A DNA stretch of 64,000 nucleotides from Octopus vulgaris (GCA_951406725.2 OX597820.1:84444001-84508000), one strand, 5' to 3'; numbered from the stretch's first letter, positions 1 to 13,567 are shown. Notes: generated by a model not told the origin, from the letters alone. Made by a program: numbers and translations.

Positions 1-610
1 TAATATAAAATAAATATATATACATATATTTATATATATATATGTGTGTGTGTGTGTATGTAAATATATATATAATGTATAAAATATTCTATAACTATAT
101 ACATAATTATAATGAGGCGTCAGATAATTGCCTCACCCCCTAACGAATTGGAAAGAGACGCTAATGTCTTTTCAACTACAATAAAATCTCAGAGAAAATA
201 ACACACTTTTTGAATGTAGCCAACAGGGAAAATGATGAATCAAATCGACTTCGGTTAAATACAGACGCCTTTCGAACTAAAAGTAAAATATAATTACCTT
301 TTGTTCTCATCAGAGTAATGTCCAAATATAAATTTGCAAGTATTGGAATAATTATCCACGCGATCAGGCGTCATCGCATGACTAATATTGAACTACACTT
401 CCAGAGATATATAGTCGAGTGTGATTCATATTTTAGAATTATACCCACGTATGTTCAAAGAACTATCCCGTAGAAAACTGCAGTTTCTATCATGGAGTGT
501 CCCTAATTATGATAATAATAATATAGGGTAAGATTATTAATAATAATTTTACCAAGTAGTCACTACGTACAAATATATTTTAGGTAAGTTATACAAATTA
601 TTTGATAGAG

Positions 611-1192
611 TATTTTGTTTATTTTAGTAGTTTTGACCGCATTGGTCCCTCTTAGCGTGTGGTATCTACTAATAGTAGTACCCTCAATATAATATAAATA
701 AATATTTTCAAAGTGGAAAAATTTACGGATTTTTTCTCTGACGAGGTTTTTCACGCTAACTACTGATAATTTCTTTTAAAGATTTTATCCTCAGTTGTAA
801 ATTTATATTTTTCACCGGAATAGTTCAATACTGAATTTTTATTCCGAGTAAGCAATTTGTGACCGAAATGCATTGCGAATAAGCCCGCCATTTTCATAGA
901 TCTGTAAAGATAAACATTCGTACATGCTACGAAATCACAGGTGATATGTAACTAACTTCTTTTTTTTAAATGATTTGCTTTGAAGCTTTGCATTCGGTAA
1001 TATTTTGTTTATTTTAGTAGTTTTGACCGCATTGGTCCCTCTTAGCGTGTGGTATCTACGATTAGTAGTACCCTCAATATAATATAAATAAATATTTTCA
1101 AAGTGGAAAAATTTACGGATTTTTTCTCTGACGAGGTTTTTCACGCTAACTACTGATAATTTCTTTAAAATATTTGATCCTCAGTTGTAAAT

Positions 1193-1198
<6 letters not shown>
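611..1198. repeat. ~198-bp direct duplication (611-808 and 1001-1198), probably the terminal region of a Penelope-like repeat
   Basis: Near-identical copies TATTTTGTTTATTTTAGTAG...TCAGTTGTAAATTTATAT at offset 390, which explains the duplicated ORFs 563..754 and 935..1144. The Penelope assignment is inferred from a hammerhead-like CTGACGA...GAAA motif. Confidence 0.85.
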
Positions 1199-1255
<57 letters not shown>

Positions 1256-1256
<1 letters not shown>

Positions 1257-1570
1257 CGCCAAATACGCTTGAGGATCAACTACTGCAACAGACTGTGTTT
1301 CAAGGGCCCACAGCTTTTTAATATTCTCCCAAAGAGTCTGAGGAACTTGCACAAAGTAGATGTAGCGGTTTTTAAATCAAAGCAGGACATCTTCCTGTCG
1401 AGAGTCCCAGTTGAACCTACCTCACGGCAAGAGGTGCAAATGAGAGTAGCTATATCAAACACCATTCTTCACAAAGTGCCACATATCAGAGGAGGCTCTT
1501 AGTAATAACAGTGTAGCATAAAAACGGCGATGCAACAGCATGGCCGCAACTCTGAGCTGAAACAAAAAAG
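1256..1570 (+). mobile_element. 3' end of a LINE (CR1/Jockey-group ORF2 C-terminus plus 3'UTR)
   Basis: ORF 1269..1502 reads GPQLFNILPKSLRN...FKSKQDIFLSRVPVEP, matching the typical LINE ORF2 tail GPxLFNxLPxxxR...FKxxLDxFLxxVPDEP. It ends in an A-rich tail between (TA)n arrays. Confidence 0.75.
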
Positions 1571-1732
1571 AAATATAGTATATATATATAATATATATAT
1601 TATATATGTTATACATATAGACATATTATATATATATATGTATATATATATTATATATAGATATTAAATATATATATAATATATATACATATATATATAT
1701 ATAATATAAAATATTGTATATATATTATATAT

Positions 1733-1800
<68 letters not shown>

Positions 1801-2089
1801 AAGTATTATATTTTATTCTATTTACTAAAGATTGCCAAAACTATGCATAGCCCAGGAAAGATAGGGTAAACGTTTTATATCTTATTCCCTTTCTTAATTA
1901 CAACTATTAGTGGTTTGGAGTTTAACTGCTCTTTCTAGTGAGTCAGATGTCCTATTAGGGTCACCTCTTATGTGTTTAAATGTACACTGTATTTTTATAT
2001 GAATGATATATAGTCTATTGACTATTTTCTCCTTCTCGCTAGACCACTGGTAGCAAAGAATTTTTCTAAAATATTTTTGCTACCCTACG

Positions 2090-2166
<77 letters not shown>

Positions 2167-2329
2167 TCTGTGTGTGTGTTTGCATATGTGTGACAATGCG
2201 TTCAGCGGGTTATCACCTTTACTTTTCATTTCTGTTATGGCTTATTGTATAAAGTAACGTAAAATTCTTTAGTACAAATCTTATAACTAGATGTTCTAAG
2301 TTCCAAATTAGTTTCACACACTTCTTATA

Positions 2330-2790
2330 GTGGATTTTTCATATAGAGCCTGGGTGAATGCGTTTGACGTAAATATGAATTGAGTTGTGTCCATTCTGGA
2401 ATGTGCAATTGTTGATTTTATCGGATTCATCCGAAAAGATATAAAGGTATAATACATGTCACTGAATAATCCAATATATTTATGCTGCTGTGATGAAGTT
2501 GCCTCGAGAAGCGACTACAAACTATGATATGAAAATACTTCTGTCATGAACTTTTCACTCAAAATTAGAATATATATGATTACAACTCTTGTAGGAATAA
2601 TTCAAATAGTGTCTAGAAATGTTATATTCATAAGTGACGCGTGAAATATACATTCAGTTTGTCAATTGCTAACATGTTAAATTTCTGTGATTTTCATGAG
2701 ACATTTTGATCTTTTTCTTTGAAAATCTCTTCATTAAAATGTGTATTTCAACTGATAATGCTTCATATTGTAGATGAGTTTCTGTATGTT
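2330..2790 (-). pseudogene. Decayed TIR-domain coding remnant
   Basis: Minus-strand frames give, in TIR order across frameshifts and stops: QYEALSV, NEEIFKEK, KFNMLAIDK, YILILSEKFMTEVFSY, CIIPLYL, LHIPEW. These resemble the TIR elements YDAF, LCIxDRD, IVVLSxxFL and IIPI. Confidence 0.45.
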
Positions 2791-3479
2791 TTCCATGTAG
2801 GTGTGTTACAACCATTTCCACTGCAATTCCAAAGCACAATTGTGTACAATGTCCGTAAATGACTGACAATGTATAACATTTCTCATCTTAGAAGAGTACT
2901 GTATATAAATATTTAATCAGCTGTTGATAGAAGGAAGCATTGTAGCAATTTGATATATTTAATATGTTTGCTCCTTGATGACTGGATGCGTTTGTGCTGC
3001 GGTGAGTTTGTAACTGTCTTTACTTCGTATACGTTACTTTTCTTATTACTGTGGTTGGCTCGGCTTGTCTTCACCACTGTTTCCACAACGGGGCATTTTG
3101 TATTTTTGTTTTCATGGCTCGATTCTTGTCATGAGAACATTGCAGCTAATTTTTCGCAGAACAGCCGACAAGTATCTTCTGCCATCATAGGAAAAACATC
3201 AGCAATATCATATTGCTGTTTTTTTCTGTTTTGGACATTCTACACAGAATGCATTTCGATGTTTTCTGCTTCTATATATAACAGCTTTTACACCTATTTT
3301 TCATGTGATGCTTATAGATTTCACTTCGGAAAACTCCACTATGCTGCTGGGGTTGAAAGCTTATGGTATGCAGTGTGAGGTATAAATGCTATCGGCATAT
3401 ATATATGCCGAAAAGGGTGCTGAAACTGTCGGCAAAATCAAGAACAGAAGGAGAAACAACAAAGCAAACAGATGGGAAA

Positions 3480-3985
3480 AAAACGTAATTACGTTGCCAA
3501 TTCTTGCATCAAACCAACGATGTGGAAGCTAAAGCTTGCCAGATATAGCTGACGGACGTTACTCTGAAACAAAACACAAAGCGCTAATTATAGCTGCTTA
3601 GGATCAAACCATTTAGGGGAATCTGATAAAAGTGATAATATACATAACTCAATCGGAGAGCAAATGTAGAAACTGTAATAATGTAGTATCCATTACTTGA
3701 GTGAATGCAGTAAGCTGGCATCAAGAGTGTATGATCCCAGGCATCACTGCTTAAGTAAATGAGTGCACTGTAATCTTAGCCGAACGAAGGATTTCGTTAT
3801 ACCAGGTAAGCGTTATGAACAAGACTAGAAGATGTTGATAGGTAATAAGAATTACTGGATCTTACGGGCCTTCCTCATAGAGATGGACCATGCTATTGCA
3901 ACTAGTAAAATAAGATACGATTATAGAGGGAAACATGCAAATGGTGCAAGAACATAGACTTTGTAACCGCCTATAGTAACAGAAT
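3480..3985 (+). mobile_element. Dong/R4-clade non-LTR retrotransposon fragment (zinc knuckle / RLE region), degenerate
   Basis: Translates as ALIIAA*DQT...KCRNC...HYLSECSKLA...RH, similar to the R4/Dong pattern TExLIxAAQDQ...CRxC...HxxSxCxxLA...RH. Confidence 0.7.
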
Positions 3986-3989
3986 TTGT

Positions 3990-5019
3990 TCTTGTGTCCA
4001 AGTCTTTTCTTCTTTTGTTTTTGTGTCGGAGGGGAATGCGTGGGCTTGTTCTCTCTGGGAGAAGGTGGATCTGACAGGGTGTGGGTTGGGGTTTTAAGTA
4101 CGTATAAATTAACTTCTTCCTCTTTTTCTACTTGCTACATCCCACGTGTTTTTCTTGGGTAGTATTTCCTCATATTTTTCCGTCATCTCCACCGGTTCTT
4201 CTGCTTTCTCTGTTTCTCATGTGTTCTCTTCGGCGGTGACGAACAGCCCATTCTAATGAGGGCTTTTAGGCAACATCTATAACATCAATGGATTTTGCCC
4301 TCCATCTTGACTCTCATTTCCACTTCATCTAACATGATAATGTCTATCATATTTTCTAGAGTTTCTATCGGTGCTTGTATTGCCATTTCTAACGTTTTTC
4401 CTGTCTACATTTCACAGTTTGCACCTGTGGTCTGGAGCACCGTTATATTGTCCTCGTTTCCTGTGAAGACTGCGAATGCTATCCAGGCCATGTCTTTTTC
4501 CGGTGGTATTCCTTCAACACTGACCTTTGTTTCACGTCTACCCATGTAGGTGGGCAACAGTACCACCTCCTCTTTTACAGTTTTTGCTGCGTGTCGTTTT
4601 GCACTTTCTTCTTTCTAAGTCTTACTTCTACCACTCCAAATATTCCTCTTCTCTTGATATATAGAATGTCGTGACACAAAGGACATCAACAACATTTCCA
4701 CTTGAGTTGTGGTCACAATGTCAATTTTTCCAAACTTTATTGAGAAAGTCTTGTAAACAATAGTTCCTTTTCTGATATCTTTTAATATTTCCTTCGGAGG
4801 TGACAATTCTACGTTGAAATTCTCTCTACATCTTTAATTTTTAATCTTTTCAATTTTCTTTAAATATATTTCCTCCTCTTGTCTTTCTGACACATCTGCA
4901 AATCTTTTCTTTTCCTCAATGTTTTCGTTCATCTCTCCTACAATTCTCAAATGTTCGTCATCAGAACACAACAACACAGACACATTAAGGTCTGAATAAC
5001 ACAATGTCTTCTCATCCAT
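3990..5019 (-). mobile_element. L1/Tx1-like LINE ORF1 relic (gag-like with C-terminal knuckle)
   Basis: ORFs 4834..5019 and 4615..4806 continue into MGRRETKVSVEGIPPE...RVKMEGKIH*CYRCCLKALIRMGC, a decayed CX2CX4HX4C knuckle preceded by a VxVEG motif. Confidence 0.6.
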
Positions 5020-5239
5020 GGCTAACTCTTTTCAGAATAGGAGTGAAAGCACAAACAAACTGCTAGAAGGCAGCAAAAACAGTTCACAAATGTGTTTAAA
5101 TGAGCACCAACACAAATCTCAAACACAAATTCCAAACGATTAACAGCATTTTCATACAATTTCAACTTACAAATTACGACTATGTTAAAACACCATTATA
5201 TTCTCCTACTCTACGTACTTTCTGATTGTTTATTGATCA

Positions 5240-5900
5240 ACTAGGGGAGAACAGAGATGAGACAAACACATTCCATGTGGGGACACGAAACAAGGAAAAA
5301 TAACAAAGCAACGTATGAGAACATGAAATGACAATGAAAGTGAAAAAGCTGCAGCGAAGCTACTCGTCCCCACCTCCGAGAAAATTCCTTACTACCTCCA
5401 ATTCCTTTTGAATCCTGTTCTTTCCAAAATATATATCCCATAGTTTTCCAACACCTTTGTATTTTGACACATGCTTCTTTTGTTCCTCCGAAAGCAGCAT
5501 TCAACCGTGCCAACCCTCAATGTTATTTCCACTCTTTTATGATCTTTCCAAGTTATTACCTCACTGCACAAATCCTCATTAGCACCGTCATACTGTACAT
5601 TCTTTTCTTTTTGGTCTGGGAGGAGGGAGCTAGTGTGTTCTTGTGCGTTAGCAATCTCCTTTTTGTTTGTGTGTCGGAGGAAAAAGGGCAAGTTTGTTGT
5701 ATGTGGGGAGAGGGCGGGTCTGAGAAGGTGTGGCTGGGGTGGGTGCGGGTTGGAGATTCAAATCTGTCTTTCTCGCCTCTTCTTTTTTATGTTCTCCACA
5801 ACCTTTCATGATTTGTAGTCTCGCTTAATTTCCTCTGTTGGTGAACCCTTCTCTGCTCTCACTGGTTTTTCCTGGGTTCTCTCCTGGTTACATTATCATC
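5240..5900 (-). mobile_element. Second, diverged fragment of the same L1/Tx1-like family (ORF1 3' part)
   Basis: 5660-5760 (TTTTGTTTGTGTGTCGGAGG...) resembles 4014-4100 (TTTTGTTTTTGTGTCGGAGG...). Fragmented ORFs 5241..5513 and 5392..5691. Confidence 0.45.
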
Positions 5901-7807
5901 AGTTACTTGACCTAAGTACATGATTATTATGTTTTTTCTTTTAGCAAGAATTCACATTTTCCTCCACGCCAAAAGATACCGCTTAAATTTACTATCGTGT
6001 GTGTTCATTTTTAACAAATGTGAGCATGTGCGACTGTTGAAAACTGTACAAACTCTTCGTTTATCATACTTTTTTTCACGTCAACTGTCGATGATGATTA
6101 GTCTGCGTTCTCGTTCTTTTCCATTATCCCACGACTTCCCAACCTTTACAGTTCTTTATTAAACTGGTCTATTGCTGCAAATGGCCTACATAGAGGTGTT
6201 TCGTGTTTTACGGCAAATTTTGTTTCATTCCTGCAGCGTCATTTGAACCTTTGACTGAGACGACTATACTTCTACACAAATCACTTATGGGTGTATCCCA
6301 TCAATTAAAAAGCAGTATTCACTCTGTGCCACATAAATCACGTAGATATTGATACATCTGTCTTAGCTTTTATCGTTTAACTTCAAAATATTACGTTACA
6401 TACTCATTCACCGATAAAATATATTCTTTTTCTCGTATGCGTTATTTTTTAGATTTAATTAATTTCGGCTTACCGACATATTTCCACGATTTTTCGTTTA
6501 TAATAGTCATATTACCATGTGTCGAGCTTCAATTAAACACTTGCATTTTTAATTTTCACATTTATGAATTTTCTGTTCGTTGTATTACACTTATTTTTTT
6601 CGATAACTATTTACTTTTTTCTCACTGTTCTGATGTTTTATCATCTTCGTTATACAGTGCGACTTTATTTAACCTATATTCCACAACGAAAACACTGCGC
6701 TTTTTAAAGGGATTAGTTTTCCTCAAGTGCACACCAGCACATGTAAAACACAAGGGCCAAGAAAAAAAGTATTTTAATTATACTAAACAAACTCAACAAT
6801 TGGAGGTAGGGTTAATACAAAAAAATATTGTTAAAATTATTGTTAAGCATGGGATTATAAAATACAAAAATTATTGTTTGTCGTTTTGTTTTGTTTTTTT
6901 TTAGAAAATGCTTCATCCCTGTTCAGAATATTCCACACTGGTTTTACTTGGAAACAATCTTTACGTTCATTTTACTCTCTTCAGTGACTTAACTTAAGTA
7001 TCCTCTTACATTATTCAAAAACTGTTTGCAGCGTTACATCCTGCCTTTGCTCCAGTTTTACAAGAATTCTCTCTTTGAAATCTGTGTCCTTTTCGGCAGG
7101 TAGTCTCTGTGTAATCACCAGGCATTTGAAAATATCTTAATTTAATTAACCAACTTAAGCTTTTCGCATTCCTTGTTTACTCTACCAGCATATGCGATTT
7201 AGTCCTCGTTACAATTTTTCTCTTTGTTCAGATACGTCCACAGTGTACTGAACAAGGAGCTTTTCTCACTGAAAATTTTACACAATATATCTATTGTGTC
7301 ACTAAACTTTAGGTCAGACGGTTTTCAGCGGACTAAAAAATTACTGTGTTGCTCATGTTATCTTGGTGCCAGTTTTCTGAAAATTAAACGAGTTTTCATC
7401 TCGTCGTCTCAATCTTTACATTTTTTCGGAAATTTGCTCATATCGTCTGTAGTATGCTTCGAAGGTAACTCCTTCGTCAGGTTTGTACGTGAATTCAGTT
7501 AATGAATTTACAACATAATTTGGCGAGAACACTTTTTTCTGACATTCCTGACGACTTCTATAATTCCAGCATTTGTGGCTGTAGTATTATTATTTGTTGT
7601 TGTTGTTGCTTATGTTGCTGTTCTTATAGTTGTATCTGCTGCTGCCGTTCTTCTTTCAACTGTTGTTGTTGCTCTTATTGCGACTTGAGCAAACCTTCCA
7701 ACAAGTTTTCCATAAGTTTACGTTTATTCATAAAATTCGTACACCAACTCTGTGAGCGAATTGAAACATCTTCAGGTCTCCATTATTAACTCCTCGTGAA
7801 GTAGTTT

Positions 7808-7820
7808 ATCCTCGTCACCA
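7808..7820 (-). promoter_or_regulatory. Primer-binding site TGGTGACGAGGAT
   Basis: TGG-initiated motif 1 nt after the LTR terminal CA, resembling the TGGCGACGAG PBS of Mag-group Gypsy elements. Confidence 0.7.
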
Positions 7821-7821
7821 C

Positions 7822-8094
7822 TGTTACAAAGTGATCTTTTGCCAATGTTGTATATGTCTTTCTGACAGATATTGTTATATTCCGAGTCTGTTGATAGGAT
7901 GTTCCTATCTGACACTGTACAACCCAAGTCGTGCAGTGTTATTATCCCCCAAAAGGTTTGCTCGTTATAACGTTCTCTCAGTATTAAATTCTACATATAT
8001 TCTCGTACTCTACGTATTCTCTCAATACTGACTGACGTTACGTTAATTATAGGGACCATCTCATTCCCCTCGTCACATGGGAAGGGGTCTAACA
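7822..8094 (-). repeat. Putative 5' LTR of the Gypsy relic
   Basis: Minus strand starts TGTTAG and ends GTAACA (TG...CA with a 5-bp inverted terminus), immediately followed by a PBS. Confidence 0.6.
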
Positions 8095-8109
8095 TTATTA
8101 TAAATTTCC

Positions 8110-8990
8110 TATAACCGTTTATTTAGAGCTGCTAGAGTAACAGCCATTCATAGGGAAGCCAGACGAAGTTAAAGAACAGAAAAAAAGAACAAAAGTTATC
8201 TTAGTGGAAGGAGAAGGCTTTTACCTGGTAGATTCCAAAAGATAGTTGCAACAAATAATAGTAGTGGGACATTGTTATGGTTGTAGAAAGGAAGGTTGAA
8301 AAGGAAGACAGAAATTTGTTACTAGCAGGATTAGTTCAAACATTAAAGACTAATTTGGTAAAACCCAAGATAGACAAAAACCAAGTAGATTCTAAATGTA
8401 GGTTATGCAAAACAAAATAGGAATGTGCTGATTATAAAGTTGTGAATGTAACACACTAGCACAGAAAGAAATCAAGAAAAGGCAGGACAAGCTACTGAGA
8501 GTAATCCACTGGGAATTATGTAGAAAACTAAGATTTGAACATACTAATAAATAGTATGAAAATGAACCGAGTAAATTACTAGAAATTAAGAATTATAAGA
8601 TGCTGTGGAACTTTAACATTCAAACTGACAAATTAATAAAAGCTAGAAGGTGTGATTTTGTAAATGAGGAGAAAGAGAATGAATAGCGCCAGGTGATTGA
8701 CTTTTCTGTCGCAAATGATGAAGAAATCAATACGAGTACTATAGAAAAAATAGTAAATTACAAGGATCAAGCGATTTACAGACATTATGGAAAGTGCGGG
8801 TAAAATGTATCCCATCACTTATAGGTACATTACTAATTATCCCTAAAGTTTTGAAAAGATTGAGGAAATATGCATAAAATCCCGTTTAGTTGTAGGAAAC
8901 TGTTATAACGGACAGCTACCAAACTTAGAAGGACTATTGGCATCTAACAGGATATTATGTCTATTTCCTCAATCCATCTCTTGAAATCTT
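8110..8990 (+). mobile_element. Dong/R4-clade LINE C-terminal fragment
   Basis: LKTNLVKPKIDKNQVDSKCRLCK...CNTLAQKEIKKRQDKLLRVIHWELCRK...YKMLWNFNIQTDKLIKARR: the CCHC knuckle and LWDFxIQTD motif that precede the restriction-like endonuclease. Confidence 0.85.
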
Positions 8991-9184
8991 TAGGGATAAT
9001 TATTAAAGCACACATAACCCCTATAATCTTGTTGTAGCCCGATGTTACGAGTTTTTTTTCTTTTCCAACTGTCTAATCTGTTGTATTATATAACTATGAT
9101 AATAATAACAATAACTACAAGAAGGACAACAATAATCAGTAGACTTAGAAAAGGAATAGGGAAGCAGGAATTGAAAAATAATAG

Positions 9185-9522
<338 letters not shown>

Positions 9523-9569
9523 AAAAAATGCCCCGATGAATTTTAAAGCTGTTGCTCTCTGATGATAAG

Positions 9570-9920
9570 TTCATGTGTCAGAAGGATTCTTTGGTGTTTG
9601 AATAATTCACTTCTGGAAACATGGGTGTTTCATTCATCATCCTTAAACGAACCTTATTCAGGGAATTTTTGAGAAGGTTTGACTACTCAACCTTAAACAT
9701 ATTGTAACTGGGCCCCACCTGCAAAGCCGTGTGCTGTTTATATTGATATGAGATAATCATATCGTGCATATATCGTTGTGATTCATGCATCTGGTTTACG
9801 CTTATTAGACGGGTTGTCACGATCTCTATATTAGACTTTGTCATGATCTCTACATTATACTTCGTATATTTGTACCCCATGGTTAGGTTGATGGTATGCA
9901 CTACTCTCTCAATTAAAATA
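9570..9920 (+). mobile_element. Family A ~500-bp retroposon-like repeat, 5'-truncated copy
   Basis: Homologous to 10701-11213 (GAATAATTCAC..CTGGAAACATGGGTG...AACTGGGCCCCACCTGCAA...), ending in AAT repeats. Confidence 0.85.
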
Positions 9921-9949
9921 ATAATAAATGGAAAATCGTTAACACTACA

Positions 9950-10510
9950 AAATGAGTGCTGCTTCTTTCTTGTATGAACATCATGCTGTGCCAGTCGATG
10001 AAGTTAAGAATGTCACTATCCTCTGTGATTTTCCAGTGAACACTGATAGAATGATCCAGGCTAATCAACCAGGCAAAATTAATAAAGACAGGGAAGAAAA
10101 TACTCCTAAACTAATAGACATAAGCGTTCCCACTTATAAAAATATATTCGTAAAGACGTTTGACAAGTTAGTAAGTCTTAGGATCTGGTAATTGAAAGCT
10201 AAAGATGCGGCATCTTAAAAACATTGCTGTTTCTGTAATGATAATAAATGATTGTCACAAACATCTAGATAACATCCCCGAAGAAACATGTCTTAGAGAA
10301 GTCTAAAAGGTTGTGCTGACAAGTACTGCCCACATCCTCAGAAAAACCCTATCAATTTTAAGATTTGTATTGTATTACATGAAGAAATTTCGCTGCCGCC
10401 CCTGCTACCTCTCATCCCCAAGCTTCCATTCATACTGTGTAACATCTCTTAACCTTCACTCGCCCTAGAACGCAGGGCATGTCTCGACAAGGGATTGTAA
10501 CAAACACGCA
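9950..10510 (+). mobile_element. Dong/R4 LINE 3' end with (AAC/AAT)n tail
   Basis: YEH...VTILCDFPVNTDRMIQANQP..KDRE..KLIDISVP...KTFDKL, matching the RLE region LWDFxIxTDRxIxANRPD...LIDVxxP...KxxKY. Confidence 0.8.
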
Positions 10511-10630
10511 AATTGACCGTAAATGACAACAAAATTAACAACAGCATCAATAATGATAATAATAGCAGTAATAATAATGATAATAATGATAATAACAACA
10601 ACAACAACAGCAGCAGCAGCAGCAACAACG

Positions 10631-10700
<70 letters not shown>

Positions 10701-10701
<1 letters not shown>

Positions 10702-11213
10702 CTTAACTGATTGGAAGTGTCATCATGTACATTGTTTTGTCTTGGTATAAAAGATGGGCTACAGCAAATATTCTGCTCAATACCACAGATTTGCTTTTAA
10801 GTTGTTTGACCTGAACCAGTTGAGCATGTCCCTTAGTGGCTGACGATATGTGCATCTCTGATCACGAGCAGAAGTAGTGGGGGAGCATCATAGCCATGTG
10901 TTGAGAAGGATTCTTTGGGGTTTGAATAATTCACCTCTGGAAACATGGGTGTTTCGTTCAACGTCCTTAAACAACCCTTATTCAGGGACCTTTTGAGCGG
11001 GATGGGTTACTCGATCTGAAGAAAATTCTAACTGGGCTCCACCTGCAAGGTCATGTGCTGTTTATCTTGATATGAGATCACCATGTCGCGCACATATGGT
11101 TGTGATGCATGTGCCTGGTGTACCCTTATCAGACGGGTAGTCATGATGGGTATACTGGGCTTCGTATATTTTACCCCAGTGTCACTTTGATGGCATGCTC
11201 TGCTCGCTCACTC
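10701..11213 (+). mobile_element. Family A ~500-bp repeat (near-full copy) in an (AAT)n array
   Basis: Six copies in the window; 3' end ...CTGCTCTCTCACTC followed by (AAT)n. Confidence 0.9.
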
Positions 11214-11440
11214 AATAATAATAATAATAATAGGGACGTTTAAGAGAGGAACACCCGGGACGTTTATATGTATACATACATATATATATATACATATACG
11301 TACATATATGTTTGTATATATTTATATGTATACATACATATATATATATATACAGAAAATGTATACATGTACACATATCAATAAAAAAATCAAAATAAAA
11401 CAAATGAGATGATTAGAGTCCAAGTATGAATATATTTATA

Positions 11441-11482
<42 letters not shown>

Positions 11483-11490
11483 AACATATA

Positions 11491-11540
<50 letters not shown>

Positions 11541-11583
<43 letters not shown>

Positions 11584-11755
11584 TACTTGTTTCAGTCATT
11601 TGACTGCGGCCATGCTGGAGCACCGCCTTTAGAGTGGTGAAAGAGTACAGCAGGGATCACCACCATCCCTGCCGGAGCCTCGTGGAGCTTTTAGGTGTTT
11701 TCGTCAATAAACACACACAACGCCCGGTCTGGGAATCGAAACCGCGATCCTCCGA
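11541..11755 (-). mobile_element. SINE fragments (family C 3' tail with poly-A, plus an adjacent fragment of another SINE)
   Basis: Reverse complement of GGCGGTGCTCCAGCATGGCCGCAGTCAAATGACTGAAACAAG next to a long T tract. Confidence 0.75.
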
Positions 11756-11802
11756 TAACCACTATATGTATACATATAAATATATACAAACATATATGTA
11801 CA

Positions 11803-11902
<100 letters not shown>

Positions 11903-12849
11903 TGTATGTATATGTATAAATATATATAATAATTCTCTCCGCGAGACGTAGACAGGTGCAGCAGGGAATCGTGAAGTATATTTTCCACCTAAATGTAGCG
12001 GACCCATAGGGAGTGATGTTACTGTTATTTATAGTTCCAGCTGGCTAACAGAAACAGCTATCGGATTTGTAGCACTATACGTTCTCCCATTTAAGTCTTA
12101 GAGTCTATGTAATCTAATTTTGCTCTATCAACATGTACATTTATATAGTCTGACAGCTGTTTCTGTGGCTCAGAATTCCTTCCTAATTTTCGCAGATGTA
12201 GTTCACCAAAAATTTACAAGCACGAACGGAAGCAAATAAACATTGTAATCTAAAGTATAAGATTATTATGAAGAGAAATATAAAGTTCGAATGGATGTAG
12301 TAGAAAGCTAGTAGTAATAGCAAGAGGAAATAGGTGGTTCAAGGGTGGTGTGGACAGTGTAGGAGCAAGTAAATGAAAGTGAAACGAAGAATATGGAAGT
12401 GTGAATGAACAGGGTATTGAGAGAATTAGTAGTGAAAATGGGGAGTTGGGAGAGAAAGGGGAGGGGTAGTACAAGTGGTATTTTAAAGATGGTTAATTTT
12501 GTGTTTAGGAAAAGAAGTTAACATTTAGGATGGTGAAACTATAGCGTATAGGGAGGTTGAGAAAGAACATTGAGGAACTGATATTAACGGAGGGAAAATG
12601 TCCAGCCGAATAGTCATGCAGGGTGGAAAAGGAGTAACGTCAAGAATGAAGGTGGGTAGGCGTGGAGAGGAAGAGTTAGAGAGAAAGACAGATAGATAGA
12701 AGGAGAGTGCTGAGGCAAGTAGAAGTAAATAGAGAAAGGTAGATAGATAGAGGAGTAGATAGGAGGGTATATTTAGTTAGCTATGGTAGTAGCTTTGTAA
12801 TATCTTGTTCTCTAAACTCATACATCATTCTTAATTTTCTGATCATTGC

Positions 12850-13370
12850 AACTCTGACTCATTAAACAATATTTATTTTAATGCCTTTTCTAATTTTGGC
12901 CTTTGTCGATATCCTTCTCCTCTTTTCTTTGTATATTGTAATCTTTCACATTTTAGTTAGAAATACATGTAGATACAGAAGAGTATATAAGACGATTTAT
13001 TCAATGTTTCTTTAAATAGGCGGCTTTTGTTGTAAAATATCTCTCCTTTTAGATGTAATTATCAATGATGTTGTACACATAATCATACGTTTTTACATTG
13101 TTTTTATAAATAATTCTCTTTGTCCTTTCGTATATTTTAGAACTGTCTAAGAAAACGCGTTTTGAGATATTTTCCTATATATTTAATTAAAATGTAATTA
13201 TATTACTTTCACTGATGTCTTTATTATCATCGTGAAAATTTATGACACATACTTTAGAACACTAGATAGAATATTTTCTAGTTGAATATGTCAGGTCATG
13301 CAATTTCTTGAGAGGAGTTACTTTTCATATCTACTTCACATGAACAACTTAATCTAAATCGAAAGAAAAC
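12850..13370 (-). mobile_element. Possible Penelope-like element remnant (region before the GIY-YIG domain)
   Basis: Minus frames IIYKNNVKTY and ITIYK loosely resemble KIFNRNxVKxSY and IVYKA. Very decayed. Confidence 0.3.
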
Positions 13371-13437
13371 TGCAAATTTTGGTTTGTTGTGGTGCTATAT
13401 TCACTGTATTCAAAGTTTTATTATTATCATTATCATT

Positions 13438-13469
<32 letters not shown>

Positions 13470-13567
13470 CATTATTATTATTAGTGTTGTTGTTGTTGTT
13501 CTTCTTCTTCTTCTTCTTCTTCTTGTTTTGTTGTTGGCGTTATAGTTATTGTCGTTGTTGTTATTGT

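Larger units (their letters stand above)
5900..8094 (-). mobile_element. Gypsy (Mag/K02A2.6-like) LTR retrotransposon relic: 5' LTR, PBS, gag and a pol fragment
   Basis: Minus strand at about 6960-7730 reads FSPNYVVNSLTEFTYKPDEGVTFEAYYRRYE...KTRLIFRKL...IFSEKSSLFS...AYAGRVNKECEKLKL (Gypsy gag). About 6120-6200 reads NKEL*RLGSRGIMEK (RT N-terminus). Many stops. Confidence 0.8.

Noticed and set aside
2950-3378. 142-aa plus-strand ORF
   Set aside because: No motifs; probably the antisense shadow of a decayed minus-strand coding frame.
3480-8990. A single Dong element split by the L1 and Gypsy insertions
   Set aside because: Both flanking fragments cover the same CRxC knuckle region, so they are separate copies.
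12250-12800. Purine-rich strand-biased tract (similar composition at 60900-61300)
   Set aside because: I could not assign a family or structure; it is probably a decayed retroelement or low-complexity sequence.
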